The notes under the pieces: model-generated
Seen by the model: only the letters and a program-made list of their open reading frames with translations
Database searches by the model: none
Told to the model about the DNA's origin: nothing
Translations under genes and position numbers: made by a program
NCBI GenBank assembly: GCA_039714075.1
Contig: JBDLKA010000001.1
Coordinates: 96,001 to 160,000, forward strand
DNA length: 64,000 nucleotides
Direction of reading: 5' to 3'
Origin: Candidatus Krumholzibacteriota bacterium
GTDB taxonomy: Bacteria > Krumholzibacteriota > Krumholzibacteriia > LZORAL124-64-63
Part shown: in pieces, positions 1 through 8,531 of the stretch
Numbering within the stretch: the stretch's first letter is position 1
Layout of the letters: the number at the start of each line of letters is the position of its first letter

Positions 1-1184
1 CCTCGGTCATGGAGCACCTGGCCCGGTTCGAATTGGAAAAGGGCGGCTTCAGCATCGGCGGCCTCGCCTCGCGTCCCACCTGGACCCGGGGCAACCGGGA
101 GCAGCAGTTCATCTTCATCAACCGCCGTCCGGTGGAAAGCCGCGCCCTGTCCCAGGCCATCGTCCAAGCGTACCGCGAAGTGGTGCCGGCCGGACGCCAT
201 CCCGTGGTGATCGCCTTTCTGCAGGTGCCCAACGGCGAGGTCGACGTGAACGTTCACCCGGCCAAGACCCAGGTGCGGCTGCTGCTGGAACGGGAAATCT
301 TCGGCATGCTCAAGAACGCCCTCGGCGAAGGCCTGAGCCTGCGCAAGGCTGACGACCTGCGGCCATGGAGCGGGGACGATGATTCCAAAACCGGCGGTGA
401 AGCGACCGAACGCATCGCCGGCGCCGAGGATGACTACCTGCGCCGCTATTTCCAGCGCGGAGGGTCGGCCGGATTCGAGTTCAAGGGCGTGCCCGCGGGC
501 CAGGGGGAACTTTTTGGCGCCTCCGCCATGCGGACCCCCGCAGGTGGCGGCGAAGGCGAAGAGGTTTTCAGTTCCTCACTGCCCGGCAATGAAAACGCGC
601 CCCTGCATTCGGCGCCCTTCTGGCAGTTGCACCGGACCTACATCGTCACGCAGATTCGCGGCGGCCTGGTCCTGATCGACCAGCACAACAGTCACGAACG
701 CATCCTTTACAATGAAGCCAAGCAGGCGCTGGAAGAACGCGGTGAAGGCGGGGGCGTGCCCACGCAGCAGCTTTTGTTCCCTGCCCACCTGGAATTGACA
801 CCGGGCCAGGTCCAGGCCTGGCAGACCCATGCCGGCCAGTTGCAGTCCATGGGCTTTACCATCGAGCCGTTCGGCGGGCAGAGCGTTCTGGTGCAGGGGA
901 TCCCCGCCAGCCTGAAGAACTGGAACGAGGGGCGACTGCTGCTGGACATGCTCGACGATCTGGCCTGGGACGAAAAACCCAGCCAGGAAAACCAGGTGGA
1001 CCTGCTGGCCAGCTATGCCTGCCACGCGGCCGTCCGGGCGGGCGAGCCCCTGACCGTCCCCGAGATGCAGAATCTGGTGGACCAGCTGTTCGCCACCGAC
1101 ACGCCTCTTTCATGTCCCCACGGGCGGCCAACCCTGATCCAGTTCACGCTCGAGGAACTGGAGAAGAAGTTCGGGCGGAGCTGA
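1..1184 (+). CDS. mutL: DNA mismatch repair protein MutL, 5'-truncated by the window edge
   Basis: VDVNVHPAK transducer motif, DQH(N)SHERILY endonuclease motif, ACHAAV and CPHGRP motifs; followed by miaA. Confidence 0.96.
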   Translation, partial: SVMEHLARFELEKGGFSIGGLASRPTWTRGNREQQFIFINRRPVESRALSQAIVQAYREVVPAGRHPVVIAFLQVPNGEVDVNVHPAKTQVRLLLEREIFGMLKNALGEGLSLRKADDLRPWSGDDDSKTGGEATERIAGAEDDYLRRYFQRGGSAGFEFKGVPAGQGELFGASAMRTPAGGGEGEEVFSSSLPGNENAPLHSAPFWQLHRTYIVTQIRGGLVLIDQHNSHERILYNEAKQALEERGEGGGVPTQQLLFPAHLELTPGQVQAWQTHAGQLQSMGFTIEPFGGQSVLVQGIPASLKNWNEGRLLLDMLDDLAWDEKPSQENQVDLLASYACHAAVRAGEPLTVPEMQNLVDQLFATDTPLSCPHGRPTLIQFTLEELEKKFGRS

Positions 1185-1185
1185 G

Positions 1186-2112
1186 ATGGGCGCGCTCCGG
1201 CGGTGCCCGGTGATCGTAGGCCCGACCGCCGTCGGCAAGACAGGGCTGGTCACTTCCCTGGCCCGGCAATTTCCCCTCGAAGTCATCAGCCTGGACAGCC
1301 GGCAGATCTACCGCGGCCTGCGCATCGGCACCGCCCAGCCCACCGCTGAAGAACTGGCTGTATGTCCCCATCACCTGATCGATTTCATTTCGCCCGCCGA
1401 GAAGTACGACGCCATCCGTTTTCGGAAGGATTTCAAAAAAGTCTACGCGCAAATTGTCGAGCGTGGGGGAGTCCCGATCCTGGCGGGCGGCGCCGGCATG
1501 TACCTGACCGCCCTGCGTGACGGATTCATGGAGATTCCCGGCAGCACCCCGGAGCGTCTGGCCGAAGTGCGGGCCGATCTCGACAAATTGACCGATGGGG
1601 AAATCCGGTCCCGGCTGGAGAAAGTCGATCCCCAATCCTTCGGCCGGATTCACGCCAACGATCGCTACCGCAGCCAGCGGGCCCTGGAAGTTCATGAAAT
1701 ATCCGGCAGCACCATGAGCCAGCTTAAAGCCGCACAGAAACCCGACCCGGCCCTGGGCCTCGAGTTTCCCACTTTTGTCCTGGAGCGTCCCGTGGATGAG
1801 TTGGACCAGCGCATCGCCCGGCGCACGGAACTGATGCTGAAAGCAGGCTGGATCGAAGAAACCGAAGCCGCCCTCGCCGAATTCCCCGCAAATTGCCCTG
1901 GACTGATGAGCATCGGGTACCGGGAAATCGTTCAGGTCCTGGAGGGGAAGCTGGAGGAATCCCAGTTGACCGGCGCCATTATCCTGGTCACGCGCCAGTA
2001 CGCAAAGAGGCAGAGGACCTGGTTCCGTCAAGTGCCGAAAATCGACAGCGGCCTGCCGGAAAGTCCGGAAATCCTGGCTGGCATCGTGGAAAATCTCATC
2101 CTGGAAAAATAA
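1186..2112 (+). CDS. miaA: tRNA dimethylallyltransferase
   Basis: GPTAVGKT P-loop, DSRQIYRGL.IGTA, TRQYAKRQRTWF. Confidence 0.97.
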   Translation: MGALRRCPVIVGPTAVGKTGLVTSLARQFPLEVISLDSRQIYRGLRIGTAQPTAEELAVCPHHLIDFISPAEKYDAIRFRKDFKKVYAQIVERGGVPILAGGAGMYLTALRDGFMEIPGSTPERLAEVRADLDKLTDGEIRSRLEKVDPQSFGRIHANDRYRSQRALEVHEISGSTMSQLKAAQKPDPALGLEFPTFVLERPVDELDQRIARRTELMLKAGWIEETEAALAEFPANCPGLMSIGYREIVQVLEGKLEESQLTGAIILVTRQYAKRQRTWFRQVPKIDSGLPESPEILAGIVENLILEK

Positions 2113-2113
2113 C

Positions 2114-2189
2114 TGGAGCGGGCTACGGGGCTCGAACCCGCGACAACCAGCTTGGGAAGCTGGGACTCTACCAGCTGAGTTAAGCCCGC
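2114..2189 (-). tRNA. tRNA-Gly(CCC)
   Basis: Reverse complement GCGGGCTTAACTCAGCTGGTAGAG...CAGCTTCCCAAGCTG...GGTTCGAGCCC...CCCGCTCCA; cloverleaf with encoded CCA; TTGACA-17-TAGTTT upstream (2240-2212). Confidence 0.95.
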
Positions 2190-2279
2190 TCCATGAATCC
2201 GTGGTTGTGGAAAACTAAATCTCACCTTCCGTTATGTCAACCGCCGGCGACCCGGCACTCCTGCATATCTATTGTTTGA

Positions 2280-2308
2280 TTGAAAAGCTTCCCTGTTTTT
2301 GATAATAT
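2280..2308 (+). promoter_or_regulatory. Putative sigma70 promoter of paralog copy 1
   Basis: TTGAAA-17nt-TAATAT with extended -10 TG; TTTTTGATAATAT is identical to the motif upstream of copy 3 (48666-48678). Confidence 0.5.
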
Positions 2309-2352
2309 CCAATCAGCCGCCCGTTTCCTAAAATTTAAATGGGAGAAAAAAA

Positions 2353-2970
2353 ATGAAAAAATTGATACTTCTTTTGCTCGCCTGCCTGGTGGCAAACTCG
2401 GCTTTTGCCGCCATGGGTCCCTTTGATTCCTACATGGGACTCTACTTCGACACAAATGCCTCCCAAAGATGCTATTTTGGGCCCGCCAGTGTCCCGTTCG
2501 ACGTTTACCTTATCCTCACCAACACCACCGCACCTTCCATCAATGCCTACGAATTGGGACTTGATGTAGAGGTGCCCGCCGGCATGGAAGGCATGGTCTT
2601 CAGGCTGGCATCCACCATCGCCAATGGCGTGGTCAGTGGGGTGGATGTCGGAACCAATGGTCCTTTGGGCGGTGATTTCATCGTCGGCCTGGCTGCGCCG
2701 ATTCCCTCGCAGCCCGCCATGGTTCTGCATTACTTCCAATACATGCTGTTGTCCCCGATGATTGTGCATTTCTACATCGGCGCTTCGTCGGCCCCCTCGA
2801 TCCCGGGTGATTTGCCCGTGGTTCAAAACGCCGAAGGTTCCATCCTGATGCAGGTCCTTGTGTCGTCCGGCAGTCCGGACTACCCCGTGGCCTCCGTCAA
2901 TGAACCTGGTTGTGGTACCTCGGCTACCGAGGAGGTTAGCTTCGGCAGCGTGAAAAGCTTGTACCGTTAA
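2353..2970 (+). CDS. Secreted protein of unknown function, paralog family copy 1 (C-terminal SFGSVKSLYR tail)
   Basis: Signal peptide MKKLILLLLACLVANSAFA; core NAYELGL, GVDVGTNGPLGGDFIVGLAA, SIPGDLPVVQNAEGSILMQV shared with the other copies; GGGAG RBS. Confidence 0.9.
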   Translation: MKKLILLLLACLVANSAFAAMGPFDSYMGLYFDTNASQRCYFGPASVPFDVYLILTNTTAPSINAYELGLDVEVPAGMEGMVFRLASTIANGVVSGVDVGTNGPLGGDFIVGLAAPIPSQPAMVLHYFQYMLLSPMIVHFYIGASSAPSIPGDLPVVQNAEGSILMQVLVSSGSPDYPVASVNEPGCGTSATEEVSFGSVKSLYR

Positions 2971-2988
2971 ATGCTCTGAATCAGCAAA

Positions 2989-3022
2989 GACCGGGCCCTG
3001 GCCATCAGGTCAGGGCCCGGTC
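2989..3022 (+). terminator. GC-rich hairpin after paralog copy 1
   Basis: GACCGGGCCCTG...CAGGGCCCGGTC 12-bp stem; no strong U-tract. Confidence 0.55.
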
Positions 3023-3115
3023 ACATCCCCCCGGCAGGGCTGGTCATCTTCCGTATTTTACCTGAACCATTCTGAACCATTGCGCCCAACCCCCTGCGGT
3101 GTTTAATTTTGTCCC

Positions 3116-4516
3116 ATGATCATGCTCATCAGACCATTCCCCGCGCCCCTGGACACCCTTTTCGAGTGGCAGCCCGGCGACCACATCACGCACCTGGACG
3201 GCCGGCCCGTCGAGGACATCCTCGACCTGTACTACTACACGCCCGAAGCCGCGGTCACCTCGCTGAACATCCAGCGCAAAACCGGTGAGGCGATGCGGGT
3301 GGAGATGGACCCCGGCGACATCGATGCGGTCACCGGCTGCTTCGCGCCCCTGGAGTTCAAGACCTGCGCCTGCGACTGCGTGTTCTGCTTTGTTGACCAG
3401 AATCCCGCCGGGATGCGCGACCAGATCTACGTCAAGGACGAGGACTACCGTTTCAGCTTTCTGTACGGCAACTACATCACCCTGACCAGTCTGGGGAAGA
3501 GGGGGCTCAAGCGGATCATCGAGCAGAGGATGAGCCCGTTGTATGTCTCGGTCCACGCCACTGACATCGACGTGCGCACGCGTATGCTGGGGATCAAACG
3601 CAAAATCGATGTCATGGCCATCCTGGAGGAACTGGTGTCGGCAGGCATCGAGATCCACACCCAAGTGGTTCTCTGCCCGGGTTGGAACGAGGGGCCGATC
3701 CTGGAAAAGACCTTCCGTGACCTGCTGACGCTCGGCGCGCCCGCCGAAGACGAGGAAAGCCCTTTCAGTCCTGTTTGCGACCGGGGTTTCGGGTATGAAG
3801 GCGCGGAAATCCAGGAGGCCCAGGAACTCGCCCAAGGCGGCGTAAAATCCCTGGCCATCGTCCCGGTCGGTCTCAGCGCCCACCGGGAGGGTCTGACCAG
3901 GCTCGATCCCGTCAGCCCCGAGTTGGCGTTTCAGGCCATCGCCCAGGTCGAAACCTGGCAGAAAGAGGCCCAGCGGAAACTGGGCTATTCCTTCGTCTAC
4001 CTCAGTGATGAATTCTACCTGTTGGCCGGACAGCCTTTTCCACACGCGGAACAATATGACGGATTCTGGCAGATCGACAACGCCATCGGACTTTCGGTCC
4101 GCCTGCGGGACACATGGCGCGAAGAGCTGGAATGGCGGGCCGAGGACGGGGAATTGCCGCTCCGGCCACTGACGATCCTGACGGGTGAATTGGCGGCCAA
4201 GGCCTGGCGCCGCGAATTCACCCCGGTACTGCATGAAGCCAAGGTTCCCCAGGTGGAAGTCGTGGGGGTGGAGAATCGTTTCTACGGCAATTCCGTCACG
4301 GTGGCCGGCTTGCTGGGCGGCCAGGACCTCAGACGCGCCCTGCTGGAACTGCCCGCGGAACCCAAACGGACCGTGGTCCTGTCCCAGCGGGTCATCAACA
4401 GTGACGGATTGACCCTCGACGGCATGCAGCTGGAGGACATCGCCCGGGACCAGCCCCACCAGGTCGTCGTCGGCGAGGAAGACGGCTTCATTGATTTCTG
4501 GAGTGAACTGGGCTAA
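3116..4516 (+). CDS. DUF512 / radical-SAM-like Fe-S protein with PDZ-like N-terminus
   Basis: CACDCVFCFVDQNP (CxxxCxxC), YVKDEDYRFSFLYGNYITLT, DEFYL, VTVAGLL; usual neighbour of der. Confidence 0.9.
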   Translation: MIMLIRPFPAPLDTLFEWQPGDHITHLDGRPVEDILDLYYYTPEAAVTSLNIQRKTGEAMRVEMDPGDIDAVTGCFAPLEFKTCACDCVFCFVDQNPAGMRDQIYVKDEDYRFSFLYGNYITLTSLGKRGLKRIIEQRMSPLYVSVHATDIDVRTRMLGIKRKIDVMAILEELVSAGIEIHTQVVLCPGWNEGPILEKTFRDLLTLGAPAEDEESPFSPVCDRGFGYEGAEIQEAQELAQGGVKSLAIVPVGLSAHREGLTRLDPVSPELAFQAIAQVETWQKEAQRKLGYSFVYLSDEFYLLAGQPFPHAEQYDGFWQIDNAIGLSVRLRDTWREELEWRAEDGELPLRPLTILTGELAAKAWRREFTPVLHEAKVPQVEVVGVENRFYGNSVTVAGLLGGQDLRRALLELPAEPKRTVVLSQRVINSDGLTLDGMQLEDIARDQPHQVVVGEEDGFIDFWSELG

Positions 4517-4590
4517 TTTCACTGCTGCCGGGCCCGCCGCCGTTGTTCATTGACCCGCCCGGTTCACCTTTTCTCAAGCAGGAGAATGTC

Positions 4591-5904
4591 TTGTCTTTGC
4601 GTACCGTCGCCATCGTCGGACGCCCCAACGTGGGCAAATCGACCCTTTTCAACCGGATCATCGGGGAAAAGCGTTCGGTGGTGCATGAAACCGCCGGCGT
4701 GACCCGGGACCGGATCACCGAGACCACCGACTGGGCCGGGCATGCCTTCATCCTGCTGGACACCGGCGGCATCATTCCCTTCGGGGAAACCGTTTCCGAA
4801 TTCGACAGCGTGGTGACCGAGATCGCGAAGATGGCCATCGACGACGCCGATCTGGTGTTGTTCCTGGTCGACGGCAAGGTCGGGCCCATGGCCTGGGACC
4901 AGTCCATCGCCAAGGACCTGCGCAAGAAGAACAAGCCCGTCGTGCTGTGCGTGAACAAGCTGGAAAAGGAAGCCGACCAGCTGGCTCTGCACGAGTTCTT
5001 CAGCCTGGGGCTGGGGGAGCCGGTGGGGATCAGCGCCCTGCACGGTTACGGCGTGGGCGACCTGCTCGATGTCGTGGTCGAGGGATTCCCCACCCAAACC
5101 GTCGACACCCCCTGTGATTGCCGGGTCGCCATCGTCGGCCGGCCCAACGTGGGCAAGTCGTCCCTGTTGAATATCCTGACCGGCAGGCAGGACGCCCTGG
5201 TCAGCGAAATTTCCGGCACCACCCGCGACTCCGTACACACCGACCTCAAGTGGCACGGCAACACCATTCGCCTGATCGACACGGCCGGCCTGCGACGCAA
5301 GTCCAAGGTCAAGGAAGCGGTCGAGGTGTTCAGCAACATGCGCACGATCCGCGCCCTGGAACAATGCGACGTGGCGGTTTTCATGGTGGACGCGTCGGCC
5401 GGATCCGTGTCCCAGGACGCCAAGATCGCCGGCATGATCCACGATTCCGGCAAGGGCGTCATCGTGGTTTTCAACAAGTGGGATCTCATCGACAAGAAGG
5501 TCACCAACACCCACCTGGAGTACTGGGAAGAGTTCTGCCGCGACGTGCCCTTTTTGCCCTATGCGCCCTGGTTCATGATCAGCGCCGAGACCCGGCAGCG
5601 CACCGGCAAGATCATGGAAAAAGTGTGGGAAGTCCACGAGGAGCGGCAGAAGCGTATACCTACCAGCCAGTTGAACGACTATCTTGAGAAAGTGGTCCGG
5701 ATTCAGCAACCCCGGACGCACGCCGGGGGACTGGGCAAGATCTATTACGTGACCCAGACGGATCGTCAGCCGCCCACATTCGTACTCTCGGTCAACGAGC
5801 CCAAATTCTTTGCGCGCAATTATTTGCGTTATATTAATAATCAACTGCGTAAAGAATACGGCTTTACCGGAAGCCGGATTTTTGTCAAAATGAAAAAACA
5901 TTGA
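4591..5904 (+). CDS. der: Ribosome biogenesis GTPase Der (EngA)
   Basis: Two GRPNVGKS G-domains, DTGG/DTAG, NKLE/NKWD, KH-like C-terminus; probable TTG start at 4591 after GGAG. Confidence 0.96.
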   Translation: MSLRTVAIVGRPNVGKSTLFNRIIGEKRSVVHETAGVTRDRITETTDWAGHAFILLDTGGIIPFGETVSEFDSVVTEIAKMAIDDADLVLFLVDGKVGPMAWDQSIAKDLRKKNKPVVLCVNKLEKEADQLALHEFFSLGLGEPVGISALHGYGVGDLLDVVVEGFPTQTVDTPCDCRVAIVGRPNVGKSSLLNILTGRQDALVSEISGTTRDSVHTDLKWHGNTIRLIDTAGLRRKSKVKEAVEVFSNMRTIRALEQCDVAVFMVDASAGSVSQDAKIAGMIHDSGKGVIVVFNKWDLIDKKVTNTHLEYWEEFCRDVPFLPYAPWFMISAETRQRTGKIMEKVWEVHEERQKRIPTSQLNDYLEKVVRIQQPRTHAGGLGKIYYVTQTDRQPPTFVLSVNEPKFFARNYLRYINNQLRKEYGFTGSRIFVKMKKH

Positions 5905-5957
5905 TCCGGCCGGCAGCCGACGCCTGATCCTATTCCTCTCAATGAAAATTGGGCCCG

Positions 5958-6632
5958 ATGCTTTTGATTTTGTTCCTGATCCTCGCCTTCGGCCTGGGAT
6001 CGGTTCCCTTCAGTTTCATCATTGCCAAGAGGGTCAAGGGCATTGATCTTCGCCAATACGGCAGCGGAAACCTGGGAGCGACCAACGTCTTTCGGACCCT
6101 GGGCCCCGGCTGGGGCGGCATCTGCCTTTTCCTGGACATGGCCAAAGGGGCGGCCGCGGTGGGCCTGATGACGTGGCTGGTCAGCACCTGGCCCGAGGGC
6201 CAGGCGACCCCGTTCCATATCACACCGGATCTTTTCCGGATCTTTGCCGGTGTCGTGGCTTCCCTGGGCCACACCTTCAGCCCCTTCGTCAATTTCCATG
6301 GGGGGAAGGGCGTTGCCACCACCGCAGGTGCTTTCGCCGTCCTCGAGCCCCTGGCGGTATTGATCGCCCTGGCGGCCTTCCTCTTGATGTTCCTGGCCAC
6401 CCGCATCGTTTCGGTCGGCAGCATCTCCGCCGCGGTCATCCTGCCTTGGGCCGTGGTTTTCTTCGAGAGAAGGTCCCTGGAAACTTCCAAGACCCTCATC
6501 ATTTTCGCCTTCATCATCTGCGCCTGGGTTGTCTTCAAGCACAGAACCAATATTGCCCGCCTGCGGGATGGCACCGAGGGGCAGGCCAAACCGGACAATG
6601 GCCCGGATACCGGCGAAAGAAAGGGCGAATGA
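5958..6632 (+). CDS. plsY: Glycerol-3-phosphate acyltransferase PlsY
   Basis: GSGNLGATNVFR, LGH.FSPF, GGKGVAT, KHRTNI motifs. Confidence 0.95.
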   Translation: MLLILFLILAFGLGSVPFSFIIAKRVKGIDLRQYGSGNLGATNVFRTLGPGWGGICLFLDMAKGAAAVGLMTWLVSTWPEGQATPFHITPDLFRIFAGVVASLGHTFSPFVNFHGGKGVATTAGAFAVLEPLAVLIALAAFLLMFLATRIVSVGSISAAVILPWAVVFFERRSLETSKTLIIFAFIICAWVVFKHRTNIARLRDGTEGQAKPDNGPDTGERKGE

Positions 6633-6633
6633 G

Positions 6634-7653
6634 ATGAAAGCCGCCATCCTGGGCACCGGCAGTTGGGCTACCTCTTTCGGACGCCACCTGTGCCACAAGT
6701 GGGAGAGGGTGGTTCTGTGGGGCATCGACGAACACCAGGTCGAGAGCATCAACACCACCGGCACCAATCCCGACTTCCTGGGCGATACCATACTGCCGCC
6801 CAACATGCGCGCCACCCTGGATATGGACGACGCCCTGAATAACGCCGAACTCCTGTTCGTGTGCGTGCCCAGTCAGGCCGTGCGGGAAGTGGTTTCCCAA
6901 GTAGCCAAAAGTGCCAGTTTTTCTTCCGGGGTCCCGGTCATCAACATGTCCAAGGGGTTCGAGGTGACCACCCTGGAGCGCCTCAGTGAAGTCATCGAAG
7001 AGGAATTGACCCAGGCCGGCCGCCGCGACGAACACCCCGTGGCCGTACTGCTTGGACCCAGCCATGCGGAGGAGGTCGCCGACGAGCAGCCCACCGCCGT
7101 GGTCCTGGCCGGGCAGCAGGGCACCGACTGGTCCCACTGGCAGAACTGGATCGCCGGGCCGTTTTTCCGCGTCTACACCAACGATGACATGGCCGGGGTG
7201 GAAATCGCCTCGGGCTTCAAGAACATCATCGCCCTGGCCGTGGGCATGGCCGACGGCCTGGGAGCGGGGGACAACACCCGCGGCACCCTGATGACCCGGG
7301 GCATGATCGAGCTGTCCCGCCTGGGCATCGCCCTCGGCGGCAAGAAGGAAACCTTCTTCGGCCTGGCCGGCATCGGTGACATGATCACCACCTGCATCAG
7401 CCGTCATTCACGTAACCGGAACTTCGGCGAAGCCGTTACCAAAGGGGAGAAGACCCCACAGGAAATCCTCGACGGCACCGTCCAGGTGGTCGAGGGTGTC
7501 CACATGGCCAAGGCAGCCTTGAAGTTGAGTGAGAGGCTGAAAGTAGAACTTCCTATTACAAAACAGGTTCACGATGTGCTATTCTCCGGGAAACCGCCGC
7601 GGCAGGCGATGCGCGAATTGATGGAAAGGCAGCTGCGGCCCGAACTGGACTGA
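6634..7653 (+). CDS. gpsA: NAD(P)H-dependent glycerol-3-phosphate dehydrogenase
   Basis: GTGSWA Rossmann motif, GPSHAEEV, KNIIALAVG, GLAGIGD, SRNRNFG; ATG at 6634. Confidence 0.95.
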   Translation: MKAAILGTGSWATSFGRHLCHKWERVVLWGIDEHQVESINTTGTNPDFLGDTILPPNMRATLDMDDALNNAELLFVCVPSQAVREVVSQVAKSASFSSGVPVINMSKGFEVTTLERLSEVIEEELTQAGRRDEHPVAVLLGPSHAEEVADEQPTAVVLAGQQGTDWSHWQNWIAGPFFRVYTNDDMAGVEIASGFKNIIALAVGMADGLGAGDNTRGTLMTRGMIELSRLGIALGGKKETFFGLAGIGDMITTCISRHSRNRNFGEAVTKGEKTPQEILDGTVQVVEGVHMAKAALKLSERLKVELPITKQVHDVLFSGKPPRQAMRELMERQLRPELD

Positions 7654-7706
7654 TTCCTGACTGATTCAGGACAGATTCCTGACCGACCAGCGGAGTGAGC
7701 GGAACC

Positions 7707-8150
7707 ATGGCCAAGAAAAAGAAGGAAATCCCCAGCAAGCTCTATTACTCGATCAGCGAGGTTGCCGAGCACACGGGGATCAAGGCCCATGTCCTGCGAT
7801 ACTGGGAAAGCGAATTCCCCACCCTCAAACCCCGCAAGACCCGCACCGGGGCCCGGCGCTACCGTCAGCCGGATATCGACGAAATCCTGGCCATCAAGAC
7901 CCTGCTGTACGATGAGGGCTACAAGATTGCCGGAGCGGTTAAAATGCGGCGGCAGGCCAAGAAGACCGCGGCCAAGGATGCCAAAGAAGCCGCACCCCAG
8001 ATGAACATCCAGTTCGACGGCATGACCGAGGCCGATCGTCTGACCTTCCTTAAAAAGGAACTGGGGCATGTGCTGGAGATGATCCGCGAGCTCAAAACGG
8101 GGAAACCGGCCGCCGCCACCGGCAAAAAGAAAATGGAAGGCACCGGCTGA
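7707..8150 (+). CDS. MerR-family HTH transcriptional regulator
   Basis: YYSISEVA...HVLRYWESEF.TLKP.K...RRY...EGYKIAGA; this subtype typically precedes tRNA-Pro. Confidence 0.9.
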   Translation: MAKKKKEIPSKLYYSISEVAEHTGIKAHVLRYWESEFPTLKPRKTRTGARRYRQPDIDEILAIKTLLYDEGYKIAGAVKMRRQAKKTAAKDAKEAAPQMNIQFDGMTEADRLTFLKKELGHVLEMIRELKTGKPAAATGKKKMEGTG

Positions 8151-8250
8151 ATCAGGTCTGATTGTTCCTTGTCCCGCGGGCAGGTGGGTATTAACTTGTG
8201 CCCGCGACGGATTTGCCCCCTCGGGAGCTTCAGCCGTTCGCACCTTTGGT

Positions 8251-8327
8251 CGGGACGTGGCGCAGTCCGGTAGCGCACTTGCATGGGGGGCAAGGGGTCG
8301 CGAGTTCAAATCTCGCCGTCCCGACCA
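8251..8327 (+). tRNA. tRNA-Pro(GGG)
   Basis: CGGGACGTGGCGCAGTCCGGTAGCGCA CTTGC-ATGGGGG-GCAAG ...GAGTTCAAATCTC...CCCGACCA. Confidence 0.93.
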
Positions 8328-8531
8328 GATAAACTAATAGAATTGGAAAGGTTGTCTTACTTTTAGGACAATCTTTTTTTCTTTCATGACCTAATTTTCC
8401 AGCAAACCCTATAATTAGGATCGGGTAGGTCGGTTTTGAATTGAACCACCTGTTGAATTGCCGTATTCTATTCCCATTGATACGAAGGACCTTTTTCGAT
8501 ACCAGATCAGATATTCTCATGGGAGTTTAAG

